DNA from: Piptocephalis cylindrospora | Taxonomy: Eukaryota | Assembly (NCBI GenBank): GCA_003614145.1 | Contig: KZ987744.1 | Location: forward strand, 1-33,129 | DNA: 33,129 nucleotides | Direction of reading: 5' to 3' | Part shown: positions 7,939-20,276 of the stretch, piece after piece | How positions within the stretch are numbered: position 1 is the first letter of the stretch | Layout: every line of letters starts with the position of its first letter | Program-made: the position numbers and the translations under genes | The notes under the pieces: model-generated | Databases searched by the model: none | The model's input: only the letters and a program-made list of their open reading frames with translations | Told to the model about the DNA's origin: nothing

Positions 7939-10852
7939 ATGTCTGGAAATCCCTTTGGAGGGGTAAGTAGCCCCTATATCCCTGCTTGCATCGTCGCCAT
8001 ACTTACCTTTGTCCTCATTAGAGCAATCCCTTTGCTTTTCAGCAGGCCAGTAACAATGAGATTGCTAGGAGAAAGTACGCATTATCTGTGCCATTATCCT
8101 GATCGTCGCCCCTACTCATTCTCCTCCCCATAGCATAAAGCCTCTAAGGAGAAGATTGGCTAGCCAGGGAACTGGTCCTTCCGGCCCTGGAGCCACGGGC
8201 ATGTCGGATCCTTTTGCTGTTGCTGGTGGTGGTATGCCCCAGGCTGGGGGAAGCCCTTTTGGCGGGGCTCCGTCCCAGCCGCAGCAGGGTCAACCAGGCG
8301 GATTTAACTTTGGTGCCCCGTCCATGCCACAGAGCAATCCAGCTCCCCAAGGCGCCTTTGGTGCCCAAGCACCCTCTCCCTTCTCTTTCGGTGGGAGCAT
8401 GAATCCACCCCAATCACAGCAGCAGCAGCAACAACAACAGAGTCCGTTCCAATTTGGAGCCAGTCCATTTAATCCTTCGCCTCTTTTTCCTGCTCAGCCC
8501 TCTAGCGCAGGCATGGGGGGTATGGGGGGAATGATGAGTGGACAGGGACAGGGTCTTAGATCCAATAGTCCGATGGACAGCGCGATGGACGACTCTGCTG
8601 CCGGAAATGCCTTTGGCCAGGCTGGAACCTCTTCTGGATTTCAATTTGGCGCTGGAGCCGCCGCGTCCACAGGACAGGGCCCTACCGGTTGGGGAGGATT
8701 CAAGTCCTCTCATGAACCCTCATCTTCGGGTCGTACAGAAGGTTCCGCAGCCAAGAAGTCTAGACCCAGTTCCATCCCATTCGGCTCGTCGTCGTCGTCA
8801 TCCTCCTCCGCTGCTGCACCTTCTCCATTCACTTTTGGAAAGAGCCTGGGTGGAGGGCCCTCCTTTGCCGTCAAGGATCAATCCAAGGAGGGTGTTGATG
8901 CTCATACGTCTGTCCCTCCTCCATCTGTCAATGTTCCATCCTTTCAGTTTGGGTCTGCCTCTACCGCTACCCCGGGATTCACTTTTGGGTCTACCTCAGG
9001 GGTCGCTTCCACTCCCAGCTCCACTCCGGGCTCTGGGTTTGTATTTGGTGCTAAGCCCACAGGATCTACATCGACTACAGCATCGGCTGCTTCATCGAAT
9101 GCAGCTACTCCATTCGGTTCCCCTGCTCCAGCCCCAGCTCCAGGGTTTAACTTTGGATCCAGTGGTACCAATACTCCCGCACCGAGTACACCTACTCCTG
9201 TTGCAACCAACCTCACCGCTCCCCATGCATCATTGGAGAGGGCTTCTAGTTTTACCCTTGGCTCCAGCTCCAGCTCCAGCACTTCCACCTCTAGTGCTGC
9301 CGCTTCTACTCCCACTTTGGCGAAGAACTTGAGCTTTACTTTTGGTTCTAGTTCTGGGACTGGTGCTGTTACTCCTGGGGTCACTGCTTCAGCAGCGACA
9401 GCTGGAACCTCCTCTGGAATTACTTTTGGGGCTATTGCTAGTACGGGCGCTGCCACCACCCCAAGTCTTACTGCTCCAGCGACCACTGCAGGGACGTCCT
9501 CTGGATTTAAATTTGGAGTTACTGCCAGCACAGATGCTACTACCACTCCTAGTATTACTGCAGGGACATCTTCTGGGTTTACCTTTGGATCTACCACTAG
9601 TAGTCCGAATGCTCCTACATCATCCAAGGTCACCGCTCCAGGTATTACGGCCCATACGAGCCCTGGCTTTACCCTGGGAACCACTTCCAGTAGTAGCACT
9701 ACCTCGTCAGCATCAGCCATTCCTACCACTACTCCAGCCTTTGCTTTTGGTGGTGTCTCTTTAGCTGCTCCAAAGATGACTCCTACTGCAACCTTTGGTT
9801 CCACTCCTAGCTTTAACTTTGGAGCTACTGGCTCTTCCTTAACCAAGGACACCCTTCCTGGCAAAAAGGACCTATCTTCCAAGGAGGAGTCTTCTTCCAA
9901 AGAAACCTCCTCTCCCTTACAGGAATCAGTCCCGACTGAAAAGGATAAGCCCTCAGCCCCAGCCTTTAACTTTGGATTCACTTCCACCTCAACTTCGAAT
10001 ATCCCTTCCAAGGCACTCCCCGGTTTCTCCTATGGCGCTTTCACCGGAGGAACGTCCCTGAATATTGCCAAGGCTGAGGAGAAGGAAGGGTCTCCGAAGC
10101 CCTCTGCGTCTGGATTTTCCTTTGGATCTTTTTCCAGCACGACCAAAGAGGAACCTCCTAAATCTTCTGGCTCCTCTCTTGACGGATTAACTGAAAAGGC
10201 CAAGGAGGAGTCTCCCAAACCTTCTAGCTTCACATTTGGTGGAACGACGGATAAAGCAAAGGAAGAATCCCCAAAGCCTTCTACCTCTGGGTCCTCCCTT
10301 AGTGGGCTGACCAGTAAGGCTAAGGAGGAGCCCCCCAAATCATCTGCGTCTGGATTATCTTTTGGATCTCTTACAAGCAAGGCCACGTCCTCGGGGCTCC
10401 CCCTTGGTGTGGGATCATTTGGGTCCTCTACTGCTTCGTCAGGATCCACCCCGGACTTTTCTTCATCGCTGGTCTCCCAGAAGAAGAGGGGGAGAGATGA
10501 TGACGATGAAGGTGAGGGGGAGAGGGAGATGGGCGGGAAGAGGAAGGGGATTATTGGGTCCGGCAAGGATGGAGATGTGTCTACTCCCTCCCCGATGCTC
10601 AAGGGCACCTCCTTTGGTTCCATATCTTCTGTCTCTCCCTCTTTAGGAACACTGGGAAAGAGGAAAGCCGAGACACCTCTTACCAAGGACGACTCATTGG
10701 ACCAAGTACCCAAAGGAGCTAGTGGGCTAAACAGGGAATTTGCCAAGGCAGTGGAGAGGGCATTGGAGGAAGAGGAGGAGGAGGTATCCCTTCTCCCACT
10801 TTTGAGACAGTACCAGAACCATTGGGAGGTGCTGATCAACGAAGGTATATGA
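7939..10852 (+). CDS. FG/FxFG-repeat nucleoporin, Nup2/Nup61/Nup50-like; exons 7939-7962, 8022-8074, 8134-10852
   Basis: Dozens of FxFG motifs (FTFG, FNFG, FSFG, FQFG). The spliced N-terminus MSGNPFGGSNPFAFQQASNNEIARRNIKPLRRRL resembles the Nup50/Nup2 'AS.E....R.I...KRR' motif. The C-terminal GLNREFAKAV...SLLPLLRQYQNHW resembles the Nup61/Nup50 helical motif. Both small introns (GTAAGT..TAG, GTACGC..TAG) preserve the frame. Confidence 0.8.
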
Positions 10853-11132
10853 TGTGTGTCAGAGTCAGGGATGGATGTGGGTTGGTAGAAATGAAGGGAG
10901 GGAATAAGAGAGAGAAAATAAATACGGAAATGTATGCGTACTTGCTACCGGATCAGTGTATAGTAATGATGCTGCTGTTTTGTCTAACCCCATTGCATAT
11001 TATCCTTATTGTGACCAAGACAAAGATGAAAGATTGGGGGAGATGAACAAGGGGGTAGGGAGAGGGTAGTATTTCCACTGTGATAGACAGTAATGAGGGA
11101 GAAAGAGAGGCTTAATCACGATCAGGGATTGT

Positions 11133-12442
<1,310 letters not shown>

Positions 12443-13514
12443 GTGAAGGGGAATGGAGCGGGGAGGAAGAAGTGGGATAGAACGCGTGGGTGAGGTCGGA
12501 AGGGGAGGATGAGGAAGGGATACTTTTGGGAGGGAGAAACGGAGGAAAGAGAGATGACAGGGCTGACTGATGTCTCCACACCCATTCCCCACTTGATTGT
12601 GTAGCGAGGGCCGAGACTCATGCATGGACTCCTCACTTTTGGGCTTCACACACATATACACACACATATATACTCATGTAGAGAGAGAGAGCGTGGGCAC
12701 TGTTCCTGGTCGGCGCCGTGCCGATCGGGAAGAGTAAATCAAAAGATAGGGTGATTTATCGAGTGTTTTCATATGTATTAAACGGGGCGATTAATCTGGG
12801 TGGGCCAGGCCGATGGGGGGGTATCATCCCTTCCAGATATACCCTGTCCAAACAGTCATATGCTCCTCCCCCCTGGATCCTTGGATGGATATGTGCTCTC
12901 GTCCTTCTATTCATAATCAGATCTGCGAGCAAGCACTAAAACCATCTACTTTTGGATGGGAGAAACAACCCCCATCCATGTAGAATGTTTGCTTATAGAG
13001 AGACCCAGACATGTAAAAATTCTAGCCCTTACCCTACTCTTGCGTACGTTCCAAGGATGCATGGCCATCCCTTTCCGGCTGGTCTCCCATTTTCTCATCT
13101 CCTAAACTAGCTGGCCGCCATCTGCCTTCCTGTGTGCATCTCCAAGAGGATGCATACATCCATTGTATGCCTCTCTTTCCCGCTTGCCCACCCCCGCACC
13201 CGCACCCACGCCCAGGCCTCCCTCCCTCATCCCCCTTAAATCATCATCATCCTTATCCTCATCTCATGGGTCTGCATCCTCACTCGTCCCCATCTCAACT
13301 GCACTGTCGCTTCTCCCCACACTCACATTTCGTCCTCTCCCTCTCCCCTCCTCCGATCCTCCTACTTTGTTGCTCTCTCTCCACCTTGAACCTCCTCAGC
13401 CCCGCTACTCCGCCTTCTTGATTCCTTTCTTCTCTTCTTCCCCTACAGTCTCATCCTACCCACTCGCCCTTCGCTATAGGCCCTCACAGGGCCACCGCAC
13501 CCCCCTATCCCACT

Positions 13515-16500
13515 ATGCATCTTCCCCTCCTCCTCCTCTTCTCTCTCCTCCTTGTCCTCTTCCGATCAGTAAAGACCATTGAGGTGGATTGGAAGGCCCT
13601 GGGGTCTTCGGCTCTCCTTGGATCCTATCAGGGCCTCTCCCTATACTCCTCTTCCTCTTCCTCGGGGGTGCGCTCCCTTCCGACCTCCTCTTCCCCTGGC
13701 CCCGTTCAGGCGGCCACCCTAACCCTGGTCAACACCACTACATCCGAGACTAATACACTCTTTGCCTCGTCTGGCATCAATGCCTCCATCAATGCACTGT
13801 GTACCCTTCCTCCTACAGACGGCCATGCCACTCGCATATTTTTTGCCGGTCTCTTTCCCTCCCCGACTTCCCCCAACATTGCCGTATGGGAAGAAGGTGT
13901 AGGCGTCGTAGGGCTTGGTCCGGGTCTAGATGGCTCTGTCTTATCCCTCACCTGTCTGAAACCTTCATCGACCTATCCCAAGGGAAGGGTAATCGCCTTG
14001 GGATCCTTTCGGGGCCCACATCTTCCATCCATCTCCAACTCCCCTCCCCTCCCATCTTATGCCCAATGGGCCATCTGGGGTGGGGGTGTGGCCATTTGGG
14101 ACCTTGCCCAGGATACCTGGTTTCCTCCTCCCTTTAAGGGTCTTGATGCGCCCGTCCGCTCCCTCTCCGTCCCTTCCTCATCCTCCTCAGCCTTATTTGG
14201 AGGGGAATTTCTCTCAGTCGCCGACGGTCCCCTGCACATCCCTCCAGATTCTCAACCCCTGCCCTTATCCCTAGGCACACTGGATCTGGGAAATGCTCAG
14301 AGTCCTGGTAATATTATTTGCAATTCCTCCTCCTCCACCACAAACTTTTCTCCTGCCACCGGCGCTCCCTCTACTCCATGGTCAATCGTTCAGGGCATCT
14401 CTGGATGGTGGAGGCTCTCCCTACCTCTTACCTTTACCCCTCTCCTTCTTCGACTCTGGAATCTCCCGGCTCAGGGACCCAACCCCAAAGGTGCCCGTAC
14501 CTTCCGTCTCATCTCTCGACCCGATAATCAGCCCATTACCCTCTCCTACATCCATCCAGAAACCAATAGTCGTGCCCTGTGCTGGGACGCTTGTCCCATG
14601 GAACTTGGGGGAACCCGCGATTTCATTATCCCCCCTCGCCTGGCCAGGTCTATGCAGGGCCTTCAACTTGATATTACCTCCTGGTATGGCCAAGGAGGGG
14701 GATTGGCTGGGGTCCAGATCTTCCAGGCTGATATCTACGTCCACGCCGTTCCCTCCTACAACCCCGCCGCATGTGATCTTCCCGTCGGAAATGCCGAGGC
14801 TGGGTACGTTCAAGCCACGTCCACTCGTACCGGACTCGGATGGGAGGAGGTCGTTGGTCCCGTGGGCGGAAAGCGCGTTCTCGCGCTTCGAGGGCCCTCC
14901 ACCGCCGCTGCTCTTGCTGCCACTAATCCATCTCTCACTCTCATCCCCAATGTTCCCGAAACCGGGATCTACGAAGTTTGGCTTTACCTCCCGGGATGTC
15001 AAATCGCTGGGCTAGGTCAAGGCTGTGCCTCTCGTGCCACCCTTTCTGCCGTTGTCTACGCTGATCCAGATGCTCCTACTCCCACCCCTGTTCAAGTTTC
15101 CCCTACGGGTCTGGAGGAGGACGCTGAGGGCGGTCAAAGGATCCGGCTCTACTTTGGTCGCATCCTTGCCTCCAAATCCTCCTCCTCCTCTTTTAGCCCT
15201 CGCGTAGAGATCCGTGTAGATGGATCTGTCCAACCCACTGGATCATCCGGTGTTGAAGCCTACATTGATGCTATTCAGCTGGTCCGGGTCCCATCTGCTA
15301 CCGGGGCCAATGGCCTTCTCGAGGTTCAAGGCATGTTCGATGATGCTTCCGCCATGGCCCAATGGTCCAGACCATCTGGTAGGTTTTTTTTCTTGAAGGG
15401 ACGGGCCTGCTCATTCTTCTCTCGTCTTTTCTCATTTAATCTTACCACCCTTTATTTTCCTCAAGTCCCATTGCCCATAGGATCAGTAGTCACCTCTGTC
15501 CAACATGTGGATAATTCCTCAAGGGCGTTGGTCGGTGGTCAATTTGCCAATTTCACTGCTGGTTACGGAAACCTCGTCGAGTGGAATCAAGGCCAGTGGG
15601 TTCCACTCAAGACTGGAGCCGGGGTGAATGGAAGGGTGGAGACCATTAAAAGCCTAGGATCTGGAAAGGGCTGGCTTATCGGTGGGGATTTCACCGGCCC
15701 TTTCTCCGGAACCGGTGCTCTCTACGGCCTTGGTGTGTATGCCTTCGAAGAGGGGTGGAGGACCGGAGAGACCCCCGGTGTAGCCCAAGGCGGTGTGCAT
15801 CATCTTGCCATCAACACATCCCCTGACAGGGAGATTGTCTATGCTGCTGGGTCATTCGCTTCTGTTTACCTATCTGATGGTTCATTACATCCTGAACTGG
15901 GAGGGCTGGCCGCCTATAATCCATCCGGATCGAGCCAACCCATCTGGACCGGCGACGCTCCATTTGTCCGCCCCATCGGTTCCATTCATTCCCTTGACTT
16001 CCTCCATCATCCAGATCAAGGCTCCTCCCTCATCCTTGGTTCCGCCCTACCTCTCGGCCCTGCCTCCTCTCGTCTTGATGCCATCCACTCGGGTGGTATT
16101 ACCCTTATTGATTCTTTCTCCTCTTCTTCAGCCCAAACTATCCCGGCCGGGATGGACCTCCTCCCAGCAGGCTCTTTCCCTGGTCGAGGTCCTCAGCAGA
16201 TACGCCAAGTCCGGGCCGGGGCTTGGGTAGATCAAGGTCGTTCGATCCTGGTCTCCGCTACCCTATCGGATCCCTCGTCGGCCCAGACATCCTGGGATGG
16301 TCTTCTCCAGAGGTCTCTGGGCCCCCAGGGCCCATGGTCCCTTCTTTCCTCATCAGGTCTTATTCATTCTATGGATACCCTTCGGGTGGGCGCCGAGGAA
16401 ATTGTCTTTTACACTGGTCTCTCTAGTCAAGGGGGCCGTCTTCTCTTTGGTCGATGGGATGCCGCTCGTGGGGTTCATGAGGATTTGCCTAATACTTCTG

Positions 16501-18020
16501 GAGTTTCAGGGGAGGGTAGGGTGGTTCGATGGCTTGGCCAAGGCAAATTTCTCCTTGGAGGCAATTTTACCTCCCTGGCCGGCTTGGATCCCTGTACTCA
16601 TGTATGTGTCTACGATGAATGGAAAGGGGCTTGGGAGTCCCCGGGCTCCCTATCTCTACAGTCCGGAGAGACCATTCTTGATGCGCATTACTCCAGGGAA
16701 ATGGAAAAAACCCTCCTCCTTCTTTCCTCCTTCTCCCTTCTCGTCAAGGAAGATTCCTCCAAGGAGTGGGCGAGGGTTGACACCTCGGGATGGCCCGCCC
16801 CAATTCACTCCCTTTCCTCCTCCATGGCCCGACAGGGCGGTTCCCACTTTCTCCTTGGGGGTCTTCAATCCACCTCAGACATCTCAACTGTTCAGGTAGG
16901 CCAGTGGAGTGGCCGACCAGATGATTCTCCTGTCTGGTACCTCTCCACTCCGGGCTTCCCCACTTCTTTTTCTCTCCAAGGTGTCCAAGTTCTTCCGATT
17001 TTCAAAGACTCCCAAGGAGGAGGCACTCAACCTGGTATCTTCATTCAGGGTACCGGAGGGGCTATGATCCTCCAAGACCCCTCTTCTCCCTCCTCAACCT
17101 GGAAACCTTGGATTCACATATCTGATGATCCTGGGTCTTCCTCCTCCTCCTCTATCCTCCGGGATTGTACTGTTCACCATTCGGATTGGTCCCTTGCAAA
17201 GGGTAAGGGGACCATGGCTGCTCCCCTTGTCGTCCTCGTCTCGGCTGCTATCTCCCTTGGGTTCATCTTTATCATCGTCGCTGCGGGGCTTCTGGGGATG
17301 CATGGACGGAGGCGTCTCCGGTCCCGTCCTGGGGTCACCAGCCTTAATCGTCATGTCCTTCTCCCCCTCCAGTCCCCCTCTGCTGCTGCTGCAGTCCCTC
17401 CCATCTGGGCTAGATCCATTGGCGAGAAGGATTCCGGGGAGCGCCCTCATCCGGCCATCCTTGCTACTGCCCCTTACCTCTCCACTCGGGACGTGGGTCA
17501 AGGGGTGGGGGAGGAGGGGAGACCGAGTATGGGGGTCGAATCCAACATTCTTCCTCCAGGCGATCCCGATCAAGACTCCTCCTACCATTCCCATTCCTTC
17601 GAGGGTTCCTCCTCTTTCCTCTCCCGGGATATGGAGGGAGCCTTGACTGGGGCTGCGGTTCGTCTAGGCGGCCATGACCATGATGATCCCTCCTCTCTTC
17701 ATCACGAGGGGGGCATGGAGCCCGATTGGCTTCCCGCTGACTATCAAGTCTATCATGCCAAGCACGCTTTTGAGGCCAAAGAATCTGGCGAGCTGGAGAT
17801 ACATGCTGGCGACCTCGTGTATGTTCTTGACAATACCGATCCCATTTGGTGGATGGGCTTGGTCGATAATGGTAAGTTCCGTGATTGTAAGGATGGCCTA
17901 GTACGAGTCCTCTTCTAATCACAGCATGAACATGCTCTCTTCTTCTTTTCATTAGGTCCTGGCGTTCCCCCGAGCCAGGGAGTCTTTCCAGCATCTTTTG
18001 TCCGGGAGCGGGGCGAGTGA
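13515..18020 (+). CDS. RAX2: Rax2-like cell-polarity type I membrane protein with C-terminal SH3; exons 13515-15378, 15466-17871, 17956-18020
   Basis: Signal peptide MHLPLLLLFSLLLVLF followed by LLGSYQGLSLY. Repeated beta-propeller-like blades (GLDGSV..L, GG.F, GVNGRV..I) and the motifs P.LLRLWN and GY..W.Y.PGC...C..R-like. TM segment LVVLVSAAISLGFIFIIVAAGLL. The SH3 domain AKHAFEAKESGELEIHAGDLVYVLDNTDPIWWMG is completed after splicing by QGVFPASFV. Confidence 0.88.
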
Positions 18021-18380
18021 GAGACCTATGCGTGCCTTTTCTTGTACGGTTGTGTGTGTGTATGGGAGGGGGCCGGGGTATTATTAATGGCAGTGGCTAT
18101 CTTGGTGCAGTTGTTGTTGAAACGACCCTTGTTAAATGTCGTCATCTCATCTTTTAACAAGCAACAGCAATAATAGTGGGATTTTAGGGTTGAATGTGGG
18201 AAAAAAGTGGTATGTCCCTACAATTCTCCCAAGAAAATAATACATATCTTTCCTAAGAATGTACGCCCCTAGCATACCCGAGATGTTCTGATCATCTAAA
18301 TAAGTCAATGGGGGAGTTCGCTATATTCTTGAGCGTTTTGAGAATTGAGTACCAGCTCATGCCCATACACTAGGATTGCA

Positions 18381-18590
18381 TCAAAAGGTTAAACTGGGAC
18401 TAAGAGTATCATTCGGAAGGTACCTGCAGAGAACTCCAACCCAGTGGAGTTCGGGTGCTTTCATCACATTGTCGGACTGTGAACACGGTTGATATGGGGG
18501 TTCCTTTTTGCTTGGATATATTGGAGAAGATTCCCGGAGTTGACAGAGGAAAGCTAAGACCAGGAAAGCTGGGAGAAGGTGCCGAAGCAT
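18381..18590 (-). CDS. Putative small secreted protein (about 60-69 aa; 3' end uncertain)
   Basis: MLRHLLPAFLVLAFLCQLRES-SPIYPSKK looks like a signal peptide followed by 'SPI'. It is preceded by a pyrimidine-rich leader. A possible intron starting GTACCT near 18423 would change the C-terminus to ..VLCSVWA*. Confidence 0.5.
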   Translation of the reverse strand: MLRHLLPAFLVLAFLCQLRESSPIYPSKKEPPYQPCSQSDNVMKAPELHWVGVLCRYLPNDTLSPSLTF

Positions 18591-18975
18591 CTTAAAGAAG
18601 ATGATGAGCGGGAATGAAGGATGGAGAGGATAGATGAGAGGGCGAGGATGGGGGGAGAGGACGAAGATGAGTGATGGGATGGGAAAGGGAAGAAAGGACG
18701 AGTAATGATGAAAGAAGAGGTGAATGGGATCAATATAGCTGATAACATAATCATGAATCTCTCATCACCTGTGCTTTTAAGCCTTATCAAACCGCTAGTT
18801 CATTCTCCGACTAGCGGAGTATCATTAGTGAAGGCTGAATAGGAAGCGGAGTCGGGAAATGCTGAGAGAAGAAGGCAACCTGATTGGCCCATCCATCATC
18901 AACTTTATGATCGTGCTTTCGTCCTTGATAGGAAACTGAGAAGACACGTCTACTTTGTTGCCTCTTCTTCCCACC

Positions 18976-20178
18976 ATGCTGCCTCATGCCGAGTGTTCTG
19001 GGCCATCCTTTACCTTGCCCAGGCGATTATACAAGGGTGTTAGGGTAGAGGAGGAGCGTAGCGCCCTTTTGCGGTCGGTCACACAGTTTCCCCAGCCGCC
19101 TCATGCAATTTTTCTTTCTGACAACCCCCTGGGAAACAAAACGATCTATTCTCTCTTCCGCGTCCTCGACTCCGAAACCCTTCGATTTCTTCATCTGGCT
19201 CGGACAGGCTGCGACGATGGCGTTCTATATGCCCTAGGGACTTTCCTCTCTCCCACCTCACCCCTAGCCTCTTTGGATATCACGGGGAATTGGATTACTC
19301 GATATGGTCTTTGGGACATTGCTCCGGTTCTGGCGAACCTCCATTCACTCCAGATCCTCTCTATTTCCCATCTTTCCACGCAGGACGCAGATATAGCCCG
19401 ATTCCTCGACATCCTTTTTCCGTCGGCCAGCTCATCCATGTATTTGACAGGTGGCATGGGGATACGAAGATTGGATGTGGCCTGCTCTGGAGTAGGGTTA
19501 GCTTCTGTGCAATCCATTTCAAAGGTAATCCGCAAGAATAATTGCCCTATTCGATCTCTGGATCTTGGCGGAATAGGCCGAATACCCTGGGAAAGCTTCC
19601 ATGCGAACCTAGTAAGCGCCTTGGCCATCAACACATCCTTGCGTTTCCTTGATCTCAGGGGCTTTATGCTAGATGGAATATTCAAGAAATGTCTTTTCAC
19701 AGGCTTAAGGCTGAATCGGCACCTTGAGGCCCTGTACATCACTGTAAGCAAGGAAGATGGCTTTGGCCATAGTCGGGGACCAATGGAGGCCCTAGAGGCA
19801 GAGATGAATAGCAATCGGGAAACACCACTAGCTCACCTCTATGTGGGTGTTGAATACCCTGAGGATGAAGTCCTGATGGTGTCCATGGATGAAAAGCGTA
19901 CTTGGGTTAGAAAGCGCCAGCGTATCCTTCGACATGTATGGTCCATTGCTCGAATTCTGCTGGCCCCAGGCAACTCATCATCTTTCCCCGGGATTATGGA
20001 GCTTCCCCCAGAGATCCGAGAAGTGATTGTGGCTTACGTAGGCATAGCAGATGGCTTATCCGGTCAAGTAATCCATCGGGTCTGTGTCGATGCAATGGCC
20101 AGGCCCTACCGGGGGCTGGATTTAACCGGGGAGGATCGAGATTGGTTATTGGACCGCCTGGGGTATCGGATCGTTTGA
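18976..20178 (+). CDS. RNI-like leucine-rich-repeat protein (400 aa) with a C-terminal F-box-like motif
   Basis: LRR units IFLSDNPLG, LRFLHLARTGCD, LASLDITGNWIT, LQILSIS, IRRLDVACSGVG, IRSLDLGG, NTSLRFLDLRG and NRHLEALYI. C-terminal ELPPEIREVIVAYV. The first ATG is at 18976. Confidence 0.85.
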   Translation: MLPHAECSGPSFTLPRRLYKGVRVEEERSALLRSVTQFPQPPHAIFLSDNPLGNKTIYSLFRVLDSETLRFLHLARTGCDDGVLYALGTFLSPTSPLASLDITGNWITRYGLWDIAPVLANLHSLQILSISHLSTQDADIARFLDILFPSASSSMYLTGGMGIRRLDVACSGVGLASVQSISKVIRKNNCPIRSLDLGGIGRIPWESFHANLVSALAINTSLRFLDLRGFMLDGIFKKCLFTGLRLNRHLEALYITVSKEDGFGHSRGPMEALEAEMNSNRETPLAHLYVGVEYPEDEVLMVSMDEKRTWVRKRQRILRHVWSIARILLAPGNSSSFPGIMELPPEIREVIVAYVGIADGLSGQVIHRVCVDAMARPYRGLDLTGEDRDWLLDRLGYRIV

Positions 20179-20276
20179 CGGGAAATGTGTACTTTTAATA
20201 CGGGAGGAGGAGGGGCGGGCGGTGAGGTGTATTTATGTGTGTTTTATTTGCCGCACCCTTCGCAGATACGACCGTC

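Noticed and set aside
8538..10839. Long overlapping and antisense ORFs (264, 355 and 269 aa) over the nucleoporin
   Set aside because: Expected by-products of low-complexity Ser/Thr/Gly codons in the real frame.
13134..13582. Pro/Ser/Leu-rich ORFs upstream of RAX2
   Set aside because: CT-rich promoter or 5' leader that naturally lacks stop codons.
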